64,000 bases of DNA. Source: Bacilli bacterium (lineage in GTDB: Bacteria; Bacillota_I; Bacilli_A; RF39; UBA660). The stretch spans positions 380,041 through 444,040 of the forward strand of contig JBAMOY010000001.1 of NCBI GenBank assembly GCA_037071015.1, written 5' to 3'. Shown here piece after piece: positions 17,643-27,680 of this stretch. The position numbers and the translations under genes were made by a program. The notes beneath the pieces were generated by a model, which worked only from the letters and a program-made list of their open reading frames with translations, ran no database searches and had not been told where the DNA came from. How positions within the stretch are numbered: position 1 is the first letter of the stretch; each line of letters opens with the position of its first letter.

Positions 17643-18409
17643 AAATACTACCTGAATTTAATGAATATAGTGGTCGTATTTTTAAAGTAAAAAATATTGT
17701 TCATCCAAATAATGCTGGTTGTTATAACTTTGGTGAATTTATCCAATCGTCACATAACGATACTTCGAGAGAGTGGTCTAGTGATGAAGATGGAGTAAAC
17801 ATTTATCGTGATAAACAAAATCCTCAAATCGGTTATCGTATTTATAAGGGATTAATGTTATTTCTAGAAGATTTTGAATTTCATGGTGGCTTAGGCGATC
17901 CTAAAATGATTGAAGAATTAATTGTAAGACAATCAAATATTAAATTGACAGAGTTTCCAACTGGTGTAGTCTCTATTAATCAATACCCCATCGGGCAGGA
18001 GATACCATTTTATAATGGTTATCAAACATTAAGAGAATTTAGTCATAGTATTTCTAGTGTTGAAGGTAAGGAAACTGTTTTGCCTAAAGTTTATATAAAA
18101 ATATTGTTATCATTAAAAGAATTAATAGAAAATGAAATTTATTATAGTGATGTACATTCAGGTAATTTTTTGGTTAATGTTAACGATTTTGATATTGATA
18201 CTAGAATAATTGATTTTGACTCAGGTTTAGTTTCCTTTGGTAAGTTTGCTAATTATCAAAAAGAACATTATCAATATTGCTTAAAATATATGTTTGATCA
18301 AAATAATAAATATGCAAATATTGATTATCAAATAGAAACTTTGAGTAAAGATAACCCTATTGATGATGCAATAGAAAAAGTATTAAAAATGGAACAGAAA
18401 TTAAGATAA
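17621..18409 (+). CDS. Hypothetical protein with a protein-kinase-like/APH-like catalytic-loop signature
   Basis: Overlaps the ackA 3' end by 22 nt, with a GAGAGGAA RBS. Motifs YYSDVHSGNFLV (D..H.GN) and IIDFDSG (DFG-like). Confidence 0.55.
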   Translation: MAKKESVKILPEFNEYSGRIFKVKNIVHPNNAGCYNFGEFIQSSHNDTSREWSSDEDGVNIYRDKQNPQIGYRIYKGLMLFLEDFEFHGGLGDPKMIEELIVRQSNIKLTEFPTGVVSINQYPIGQEIPFYNGYQTLREFSHSISSVEGKETVLPKVYIKILLSLKELIENEIYYSDVHSGNFLVNVNDFDIDTRIIDFDSGLVSFGKFANYQKEHYQYCLKYMFDQNNKYANIDYQIETLSKDNPIDDAIEKVLKMEQKLR

Positions 18410-18431
18410 AAGATTCTTATGAATCTTTTTT
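18408..18431. terminator. Bidirectional terminator between convergent genes
   Basis: AAAAGATTC/GAATCTTTT stem with loop TTAT, flanked by A- and T-runs. Confidence 0.65.
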
Positions 18432-18707
18432 GTTTTCTAATAATAAATGTTTAATAATAATACGATCACATGTCTCATCAATTAAAATCTTTTTGTTTGC
18501 ACATTTGTTGCGGCAAAATCCTCGTAATTCATAGCATCCTATATCATCTATCGTAAAGATATAATTGCCACAATTGTCAGTAAAAACTTTACTTATTAAG
18601 TTACCTTTGTACCATAATTCTATCCTTGCGTGCTGTAAACATTTAATTTTACCATCGATATATTTATCTAGTAAAAATGATCCTACTAGATATTTTTCAT
18701 TATTCAT
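18417..18707 (-). CDS. Small Cys-rich protein with a carboxypeptidase-regulatory-like (transthyretin-like) beta-sandwich pattern
   Basis: 96-aa ORF downstream of pyrG with an AGGTGA RBS. Pattern IELWYKGNLISKVFTDNCGNYIFTIDDIGCYEL. Six Cys residues. Confidence 0.5.
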   Translation of the reverse strand: MNNEKYLVGSFLLDKYIDGKIKCLQHARIELWYKGNLISKVFTDNCGNYIFTIDDIGCYELRGFCRNKCANKKILIDETCDRIIIKHLLLENKKDS

Positions 18708-18750
18708 AATATCACCTAAAATAGTATATGAAAAAAAATAAAGAAAATCT

Positions 18751-20391
<1,641 letters not shown>

Positions 20392-20523
20392 CTAGAGAAC
20401 ATCTAGGCTCTCTTAAATTATAACACAATTTAAAATCACTAACAATATTCTTTTATTAATATTAATAGTTTAACTTTCATACTTACAGAAATATATAATT
20501 ATTATAATGTAGAGAGTAGTGGT

Positions 20524-21519
20524 ATGGTGAAAAAAGGTTTTACTTTGATTGAATTATTGGCAATATTTGTATTGATTGGATTACTTAGTATGATAGCAAT
20601 CATATCAGTAACTAAATTAATAAACAGTTCTAAAGAGAAGACTTATCAGCAGCAAATCAATAATATAGAAAAATCAGCCCAAATCTGGGCTACCAATAAT
20701 ACATCTTTACTTGCTTCAACCGACGACTATGAAACCTATGTCAGTATCGAAGAATTAAAACAAGCTGGTTTGTTAGAAAATAAAGATATCGTCGACCCAC
20801 GAACAGACAAAACCATGACAGGCTGTGTACAGATAACATATAATACCGAAACTAAAAAGTATAAATATAAATATAACCATCAATGTCCAAAAAATTTACC
20901 AATAGAATTAATATTTTCCTTAAAACCTTCAGATATTGACGGCAAAAAAGGTTGGTATAAGAGTAGTCCGACTGTAACTATTGAAGATTTCTATCTTGAC
21001 TCTGATGACAAAATGCAACAAGTATTAGCAAATCAAGTTGAGTGTATTTATAGTGTTAACTCCAACCCATCAATAAATGTCTTAACAGACGAAATTAAAC
21101 AATTTGTAGTTGATGAGGAAGGAAAAAATGTTGAAGTTAAAGTTAATTGCATTTATGTTGACCAAAACAATAAAAAGTATAAAAAAAGCCAAACTATTTA
21201 TTTAGATATCGATAAAACCCCACCTACTATTACTATTAATAGTATGATTAATGCTGATGGGACACCATATAATAATAATACAAATCAATCAGTAACCGTT
21301 GAACTAACTTGCGATGATGATGGAAGCGGTTGCAATCAACCGATATATTATAGAAAGTATTTGCCTAACTTTGAAGATAAATGTGCCTATTCACAAATAT
21401 TGGGTAGTTCATATACTGATGTTGCCGGTAATCAGAGATTTGTTAATGTATCAATAACTTTTTGTAAAGTTGTTAATGAATGTACTAGAAATGCTTCAAC
21501 TGGTGAATGTTACAAGTGA
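20524..21519 (+). CDS. Type IV prepilin-like protein (N-terminal cleavage/methylation domain) with a large C-terminal Ig-like region
   Basis: MVKKG|FTLIELLAIFVLIG prepilin signature, and a C-terminal module IDKTPPTITI...SVTVELTCDDDGSGC. Confidence 0.8.
   Translation: MVKKGFTLIELLAIFVLIGLLSMIAIISVTKLINSSKEKTYQQQINNIEKSAQIWATNNTSLLASTDDYETYVSIEELKQAGLLENKDIVDPRTDKTMTGCVQITYNTETKKYKYKYNHQCPKNLPIELIFSLKPSDIDGKKGWYKSSPTVTIEDFYLDSDDKMQQVLANQVECIYSVNSNPSINVLTDEIKQFVVDEEGKNVEVKVNCIYVDQNNKKYKKSQTIYLDIDKTPPTITINSMINADGTPYNNNTNQSVTVELTCDDDGSGCNQPIYYRKYLPNFEDKCAYSQILGSSYTDVAGNQRFVNVSITFCKVVNECTRNASTGECYK
20732..20875 (+). repeat. 144-bp tract nearly identical (1 mismatch) to 21920-22063
   Basis: Direct comparison of the two pilin-like genes. 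The flanking coding sequence is only about 70% identical. Confidence 0.85.
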
Positions 21520-21667
21520 TAAATGAAAATAATACTTTCACATCAACATTAAAATCGAAGTATAGGATATTATTTATGTTTTAAGTTAAGCGTGTTAGAT
21601 TTTTAAAACAATTATTATTTTAGCTGTCAAAAATAATAATTGTTTTTTTACAAACATTCCAATAATA

Positions 21668-21695
21668 TTGACAAAGAAAGAGAAATTGGTATACT
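21668..21695 (+). promoter_or_regulatory. Sigma-A-type promoter (extended -10) of the second pilin-like gene
   Basis: TTGACA, a 16-nt spacer and TGgTATACT. Confidence 0.6.
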
Positions 21696-21714
21696 AAATA
21701 TAGTAGGTGATGAT

Positions 21715-23778
21715 ATGAAAAAGGGATTTACATTAATCGAATTATTAGCTGTAATAGTATTAATTGGAGTACTTAGCGTAATAGGAACAATCTCAGTCAC
21801 CAAATTGGTAAAAAGCTCAAAAGAGAAAACCTATCAAGAACAAATCAGAAACATTGAAATATCTGCCAAAACATGGGCAACAAACAATACCTCTTTACTA
21901 CCTTTGACTAGTGATGTTCAAACCTATGTCAGTATCGAAGAATTAAAACAAGCTGGTTTGTTAGAAAATAAAGATATCGTCGACCCACGAACAGATAAAA
22001 CCATGACAGGCTGTGTACAGATAACATATAATACCGAAACTAAAAAGTATAAATATAAATATAGTAATAAATGTGGAGATAAAGCCGATTATCCAACTAT
22101 TGATATCATATATACCGGAAATGATCAAAACTATATCGAAGTAACACAAGATGCCCAAGATAAAAAAGAAGAAATAATCAATAATATCAATATCAATGCC
22201 TTTGATAAAAACGGGAATGTCATTGATGTTGAAGGACCAGTCATCACCAAAAAAGGAGAAATAGTTGATACAATCATCCCAAATAAAGTAGGAGATGAAT
22301 ATATACTTACGTATGTGGCATCACAAAACAACCTTAAAACAACAAAATCCCTAAAATTAAAAGTAGTTGATACAACGCCACCAGAAATATATTTGTCAGG
22401 AATCAATGTAACGGACCGTATAGTAGATTATAATATAAGAACTAATGATAGTTTTAGTGAACCAACATTAATTGTAAAAGATAATAGTGGAGAGAGTCTA
22501 AAAGCTGTGAAAAGTGGGCAAATCAACACGCAAAGAGTAGGTGAATATAAATTAGTATACACGGCGACCGATAGTAGTAAAAATAAATCGACCTATACCG
22601 TTAATGTAGTCGTAAGAGCACGTGGACAATTAAGTTTTAGTCTATCTGCATCAGAAGTAACAGGAAATAATGGATGGTATAAAACCGATCCAACCGTAAC
22701 TATAAAAGACTTAAAAATTGAAAACGTCGAAGGAACGCCAAACATCGACGAAATAACCTGTAAATATAGTATTAATTCAGGAAGTGCGGTAAGTTTAGGG
22801 ACACAAAGAACATTTGAAGTAAGTAAAGAAGGAAGTAGTGTCAAAGTCAAAGTCGATTGTAGTTATAACGATGGGACATATACATATAGTGATAGCCAAA
22901 CAGTAACCTTAAAAATAGACAAGACGAAACCAACGTGTACTACAAGCGGAGGTAATAGTAGTTGGACGAATCAAAATGTTACGATAACGGGAAAATGTAG
23001 TGATGGAATAAGTGGATGTGCAGGAACGAACCCAAGTTATACAGTAACAACAAGTGGAACAAAAACAAATATAGGACCAGGAAGCAATGGAGGGACAGCG
23101 GTTGTATCTGATAAAGCAGGAAATCAAGGTACATGTGCGGCCAACCAGAGTGTAAAAATAGATAAAATAGCACCAACATGTAAAGTAACTAGTAGTCATA
23201 GTGGATGGACAAATCAGAATGTTACTGTAACAGGTACATGTAGTGATACTGGTGGAAGTGGATGTACTAGTTATAAACCATCTGAAACTTATAGTGTTAC
23301 TACTAACGCTCAAAAATATCCATCTTTATTGACATCAAACGCTTATGTTAAAGATAATGCGGGGAATAAAACTGCTTGTGGAACTACTTTGGTTCAAATT
23401 GATAAAACCGATCCATATTCACCATATGTAGAAAAAACTATTTCCAAAGGCAGTAATATTGTAACGTTCAGCTGTACATGTAGACCTTCGGTTATAACAG
23501 GAAGTATGTATAAGCTATGTAGCACAACATTAGGAAATCATTGTGTTATAAATGCTAATGGTGGTGGTTATTACTTTGAAGTTTGGGGTGGCGATATTGG
23601 TAGTGGTGTCTCACATTGGGGATATTCTCTGCAGTGGGGTGGAAATGGCACATACAAAAGAAAAGAACTCGGTGATAATTTGTTTGATGGTGGATGGTTT
23701 TCAAGTGAAGTTTACGTCAAATCATATGATCATGCAGGAAATGAAAGTCCTATGATGCATTTAACTATTAATAGGTAG
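21715..23778 (+). CDS. Type IV prepilin-like protein fused to multiple Ig-like/DUF5011-like and Cys-bracketed modules
   Basis: The start is taken at MKKG|FTLIELLAVIVLIG (GGTGA RBS); the ORF-track start at 21640 lies inside the promoter. VVDTTPPEI module, then two ~81-aa modules IDK..PTC...WTNQNVT.TG.CSD..SGC. Confidence 0.8.
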   Translation: MKKGFTLIELLAVIVLIGVLSVIGTISVTKLVKSSKEKTYQEQIRNIEISAKTWATNNTSLLPLTSDVQTYVSIEELKQAGLLENKDIVDPRTDKTMTGCVQITYNTETKKYKYKYSNKCGDKADYPTIDIIYTGNDQNYIEVTQDAQDKKEEIINNININAFDKNGNVIDVEGPVITKKGEIVDTIIPNKVGDEYILTYVASQNNLKTTKSLKLKVVDTTPPEIYLSGINVTDRIVDYNIRTNDSFSEPTLIVKDNSGESLKAVKSGQINTQRVGEYKLVYTATDSSKNKSTYTVNVVVRARGQLSFSLSASEVTGNNGWYKTDPTVTIKDLKIENVEGTPNIDEITCKYSINSGSAVSLGTQRTFEVSKEGSSVKVKVDCSYNDGTYTYSDSQTVTLKIDKTKPTCTTSGGNSSWTNQNVTITGKCSDGISGCAGTNPSYTVTTSGTKTNIGPGSNGGTAVVSDKAGNQGTCAANQSVKIDKIAPTCKVTSSHSGWTNQNVTVTGTCSDTGGSGCTSYKPSETYSVTTNAQKYPSLLTSNAYVKDNAGNKTACGTTLVQIDKTDPYSPYVEKTISKGSNIVTFSCTCRPSVITGSMYKLCSTTLGNHCVINANGGGYYFEVWGGDIGSGVSHWGYSLQWGGNGTYKRKELGDNLFDGGWFSSEVYVKSYDHAGNESPMMHLTINR
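21920..22063 (+). repeat. Partner copy of the 144-bp near-identical tract
   Basis: See 20732-20875. Confidence 0.85.
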
Positions 23779-23786
23779 GAGAAAAA

Positions 23787-24107
23787 ATGAGTAAGAAGAA
23801 AATATTATTTTTAACATTTATATTATTAATCCTTATTGTTATTGTTGGATTATTAATATTTAATAGACATAGAGAAGAGCCGAATATGACAATCGAGCCA
23901 AAGATAAGTCAAGAACAAGCCCTTAAAATTGTAAAAGAAAATTTTAAAAGTAATAACGACATTTATAAATATGATGAAAAAGAAGGAGAATATCATATTA
24001 TTAAAGCTGTTAATAATCCTTCTGTCGAATATTGGGTCCATGATAATACTGGAGAAATTTTGATACAGTCTGGTATGGGATCTGCCGATATAACAAATAA
24101 CGAATAG
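23787..24107 (+). CDS. Small membrane-anchored PepSY-like protein
   Basis: AGGAG RBS 8 nt after the pilin-like stop. N-terminal TM, then EQALKIVKENF...YHIIKAV...YWVHDNTGEIL, a PepSY-like pattern. Confidence 0.55.
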   Translation: MSKKKILFLTFILLILIVIVGLLIFNRHREEPNMTIEPKISQEQALKIVKENFKSNNDIYKYDEKEGEYHIIKAVNNPSVEYWVHDNTGEILIQSGMGSADITNNE

Positions 24108-24125
24108 GTTTCTATTCGTTATTTT
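24099..24125 (+). terminator. Rho-independent terminator of the pilin-like operon
   Basis: AACGAATAG/CTATTCGTT stem with loop GTTT, then ATTTT. Confidence 0.7.
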
Positions 24126-24194
24126 GATAATGATAATTGAAAAAATAGACATAACATAGTATAATTAAATTATTGTTAAGAAAGTAGTGATAAG

Positions 24195-25325
24195 ATGATA
24201 TATTTAGATTATTCAGCAACCACGCCAATTAATAAAGAGGTTTTAGAAAGCTTTAACAAAGTTAGTTTAGAATTTGTTGGTAATCCCAATTCTTTACATA
24301 AACTAGGTATTAATGCAAAACATTTAATTGATAAAGCTACTGAGCAAATTGCTGACATTATGGATGTTAAAAGCGAAGAAATTATCTACACTAGTGGTTC
24401 ATCTGAATCTAATAATACAGCAATTAAAGGAATTGCCTTGAAGTATCAAAATAGAGGTAAACATATTATTACAACCAAATTAGAACATTCTTCTGTCATA
24501 GCGCCTATAAATTATTTGCAAGAAAATGGTTTTGAAGTTGATTTTGTTGAATTAGACAGTAATGGCCTTGTTGATTTGAATCACTTAAAAAGGCTTTTAC
24601 GTGATGATACAATTTTAGTTAGCATTAGTTCAGTCAATAGTGAAATTGGTATTTTACAACCGATTGCGGAAATTGGTCAATTGTTAAAAGATTATCCTAA
24701 ATGCTTTTTCCATGTTGATATGACACAGAGCGTTGGTAAGGTAAAAGTTCCTTTAAACAATGTTGATTTAGCAAGTTTTTCAGCGCATAAGTTTTATGGG
24801 CCTAAAGGAGTAGGAGTTTTAGTAAAAAAAGAAGATGTCTCTTTAGATCCATTAATTCATGGTGGTAAAAGCACAACAAAGTTTCGTAGTGGAACACCAG
24901 CGCTACCACTTATCGTAGCTTTAGCTAAAGCGCTACGCTTAGCATACAATAACTTGGATAATAAATATCATTATATAGAAACTTTAAATAAAACCATTAG
25001 ATCTAAATTGACATCTTATTCAGATGTATATATTAATAGTAATGAGTACTCTATACCACACATACTAAATTTAAGTATTATTGGTGTTAAACCAGAGACT
25101 ATGCTACATGCTTTAGAGGAAAAAGATATATATATATCTACTCAAAGTGCTTGTTCTAGTGGTGGAACTTCTTTGGCGGTTTTAAGTGTTACTAATGATG
25201 TTAAAAGAGCTCAATCAAGCATTAGAATTAGTTTGTCTTCGTTAACGACTTCTGATGAAATTAAATCCTTATTAGAGGCATTTGACGAGTGTTATCGTCA
25301 TTTAAAATTTATTGATGACAAATAA
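24195..25325 (+). CDS. Cysteine desulfurase (class V aminotransferase, NifS/IscS-like)
   Basis: IYLDYSATTP N-terminus, PLP-lysine motif SFSAHKFYGPKG and active-site region STQSACSSG. Confidence 0.88.
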   Translation: MIYLDYSATTPINKEVLESFNKVSLEFVGNPNSLHKLGINAKHLIDKATEQIADIMDVKSEEIIYTSGSSESNNTAIKGIALKYQNRGKHIITTKLEHSSVIAPINYLQENGFEVDFVELDSNGLVDLNHLKRLLRDDTILVSISSVNSEIGILQPIAEIGQLLKDYPKCFFHVDMTQSVGKVKVPLNNVDLASFSAHKFYGPKGVGVLVKKEDVSLDPLIHGGKSTTKFRSGTPALPLIVALAKALRLAYNNLDNKYHYIETLNKTIRSKLTSYSDVYINSNEYSIPHILNLSIIGVKPETMLHALEEKDIYISTQSACSSGGTSLAVLSVTNDVKRAQSSIRISLSSLTTSDEIKSLLEAFDECYRHLKFIDDK

Positions 25326-25920
25326 GATTACAAAATTAGAAATAAAAGAACTAATAATTAATGAAGAACCAATATCAGGGGAATTTGATAATCAAATTGT
25401 TATAGATCTTGATGATCGTAATGTTGAATTTAATAACTGTTTTTTAGATAAAATAACTATAAATAACTCAAAAATGATTAAAAGTTCATTTATCGACATG
25501 AAAATAAATAATAGTGATTTGTCTAACCTAAATTGTGATACTAGTACATTTATTCGTAATGAGTATGTTTCTTCAAAATTAATTGGTACTATTTGTAGTT
25601 CCTCTTATTTAAAAGATATAACCTTTGAAAATTGTAAAATGCCATATTTTAATCTTTCACAAAGTAAAGTACGTAATGTTAAATTTATCGATTGTGATTT
25701 GTCGGGTTCTAGTTTTAATTATCTTGATTTTAAAGGTTTATATTTTCAAGATTGTAATTTATCAGAAGTAGAGTTTATCGGAACGAAAATGCACGGTCTT
25801 GATTTATCTAGCGACAATATTAAAGGGATTATTATAAATAAAGATAATTTAGAGGGATTGATCGTTAATGAATTTCAGGCGCTTGAAATAGCTAAACTAT
25901 TAGGGATAGAAATTAAATAG
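25312..25920 (+). CDS. Pentapeptide-repeat protein
   Basis: Tandem A(D/N)LXX-type pentapeptides (FENCKMPYFNLSQSKVRNVKFIDCDLSGSSFNYLDFKGLYFQDCNLSEVEF). Overlaps the desulfurase gene by 14 nt. Confidence 0.8.
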   Translation: MMTNKITKLEIKELIINEEPISGEFDNQIVIDLDDRNVEFNNCFLDKITINNSKMIKSSFIDMKINNSDLSNLNCDTSTFIRNEYVSSKLIGTICSSSYLKDITFENCKMPYFNLSQSKVRNVKFIDCDLSGSSFNYLDFKGLYFQDCNLSEVEFIGTKMHGLDLSSDNIKGIIINKDNLEGLIVNEFQALEIAKLLGIEIK

Positions 25921-25928
25921 GTGATAAT

Positions 25929-26189
25929 ATGAAAATAATTAAAATTGGAGCAATGTGGTGTCCTGCTTGTCTAATTATGAATAAGCGTTTAAAACAAGTA
26001 GAATCGAATAAACATATAGAAATTATAAATTATGATTATGATTTAGATGAAGATATTGTTGAAAAGTATAAGGTAGGACAAGTTTTGCCCGAACTTATTT
26101 TTCTAAACGAAAATAATGAAGAAATTGAACGTTTAATTGGGGAGCAATCGATTGAAACAATCGAAAAGATTATAGAAGGTAGTTGTTAG
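25929..26189 (+). CDS. Small cytoplasmic thioredoxin-fold protein (WCPAC)
   Basis: 86 aa with a WCPAC active site near the N-terminus and no signal peptide. Confidence 0.75.
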   Translation: MKIIKIGAMWCPACLIMNKRLKQVESNKHIEIINYDYDLDEDIVEKYKVGQVLPELIFLNENNEEIERLIGEQSIETIEKIIEGSC

Positions 26190-26190
26190 T

Positions 26191-27615
26191 ATGAAAAAGA
26201 TTTTATCATATTTATTGTTAATGGTATTGCTGATATTTCCGATATATGTTGAAGCACTTGATAGTAACTATCAAAATGTCCTTGGACCTATTATTCAGGA
26301 TTCTACCAACGATGATAAAATAACTATTTACTTTTTTCACGGTGATGGTTGTCCACATTGTGCTGAAGAACATGATAAATTGGATGAATTATTAATTACT
26401 TATGGCAATTATATTGAAATCAAAGACTATGAAGTTTGGCATAATAGTTTTAATAATAGTTTAATGCTTAAAGCTAAAGATAAATTTTCTGTGACACAAG
26501 CAGGAGTTCCATTCACTGTTATTGGAGATAAATCCTTTATTGGCTATAATGGTACTGTTGGCCGTGAAATCGAGGAGGCAATTCAATATTATTTAGGACA
26601 GGAAATTAATAATTCAGAACTTAATTTTGGTAAATTGGTTGAAAAAGCTAGATTGACGCTTCAAGATTATATATCTTATGGTGGTAAAGAAAATGACGAA
26701 GTTTATCGTGAATTAAAGAGTAGTAAAGAAGCTTATGAACAGGCTGTTATGAAAACAGATTATTTAAATACTGAGGAATTGACTGCTGATGAAGTCAAAG
26801 CTGAGACGCTAAAAAAGTTAGAGGTAGATCTTAATAAAAAGATTGACCAGGTTAGTAACAGAATTATTGACCTTCCCTTAATTGGTAAAAAAGTTATAAG
26901 TGGTTTTTTAATTCCTATTGTTGCGATAATATTGGGTTTGGTTGATGGTTTTAATCCTTGTGCAATGTGGATTTTACTATTTATTATTAATATGTTATTC
27001 AACATGAAGGATAAGAAACGTATGTGGATTTTAGGAATTACTTTCTTATTTACTTCAGCTTTAGTTTACTTTTTAGCAATGTTAGGCTTAAAAAGCGTAT
27101 TATCATTTTTAGCTGTGGGCATTATTCAAAAATTTATTGCACTTGTTGCTCTTGTAGGTGGTATCGTAAATTTAAACAGTTTCCGCAAAGATCTTGCTAA
27201 AAAAGATGGTGGTTGCAATGTTGTTGACGCTAAAAAACGTAAAAAATTACTAACGAAAGTTCGTAGATTCACATCAGAAAAAAGTTTTCCACTGGCAATT
27301 GTTGGTGTTATTACTTTAGCTTTATCTGTTAACGTTGTAGAACTTGCTTGTTCGGCTGGTTTTCCAACTATCTTTATATCTATTTTAGAATTTAATAGTG
27401 TTCCATTTGCTACTTCTATTTTATATATGTTGCTATATATTATTTTCTATCTATTAGATGATCTTGTTATTTTTGTTATTGCCATGGTAACTTTAGAGGT
27501 AACTGGTATATCAACTAAATATAATAAGTATTCGCATTTAATTGGTGGAATTTTAATGATTGTTATGGGATTATTATTAATTTTCAAACCAGAATGGTTA
27601 ATGTTTAATTTTTAG
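26191..27615 (+). CDS. Fusion of an exported thioredoxin-like domain (CPHC) with a DsbD/CcdA-like thiol-disulfide transmembrane domain
   Basis: Signal peptide, FFHGDGCPHC Trx-like domain, a charged linker, then about six TM helices with FNPCAMW and ELACSAGFP Cys motifs. Confidence 0.7.
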   Translation: MKKILSYLLLMVLLIFPIYVEALDSNYQNVLGPIIQDSTNDDKITIYFFHGDGCPHCAEEHDKLDELLITYGNYIEIKDYEVWHNSFNNSLMLKAKDKFSVTQAGVPFTVIGDKSFIGYNGTVGREIEEAIQYYLGQEINNSELNFGKLVEKARLTLQDYISYGGKENDEVYRELKSSKEAYEQAVMKTDYLNTEELTADEVKAETLKKLEVDLNKKIDQVSNRIIDLPLIGKKVISGFLIPIVAIILGLVDGFNPCAMWILLFIINMLFNMKDKKRMWILGITFLFTSALVYFLAMLGLKSVLSFLAVGIIQKFIALVALVGGIVNLNSFRKDLAKKDGGCNVVDAKKRKKLLTKVRRFTSEKSFPLAIVGVITLALSVNVVELACSAGFPTIFISILEFNSVPFATSILYMLLYIIFYLLDDLVIFVIAMVTLEVTGISTKYNKYSHLIGGILMIVMGLLLIFKPEWLMFNF

Positions 27616-27680
27616 GCTTTTATAGCCTTTTTTTGTAACCAAAATTTAGGCGTTTAATATAATGTAATAGGAGGTTAAAA

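Noticed and set aside
21640-21714. N-terminal extensions offered by the ORF track (also 42415, 43649, 53261, 54606, 55768, 61245)
   Set aside because: In each case a downstream ATG has a proper RBS and gives the canonical family N-terminus (prepilin signal, FtsA, FtsZ, signal peptide, SigG, GT4, small peptide). The extension would run through promoter sequence or the upstream gene.
22909-23313. 134-aa and other minus-strand ORFs inside the large pilin-like gene (also 21961-22406, 22593-22850, 22979-23179)
   Set aside because: These are antisense shadow ORFs in a repeat-rich, compositionally biased coding region. They have Cys/Thr/Ser-rich nonsense composition and no RBS.
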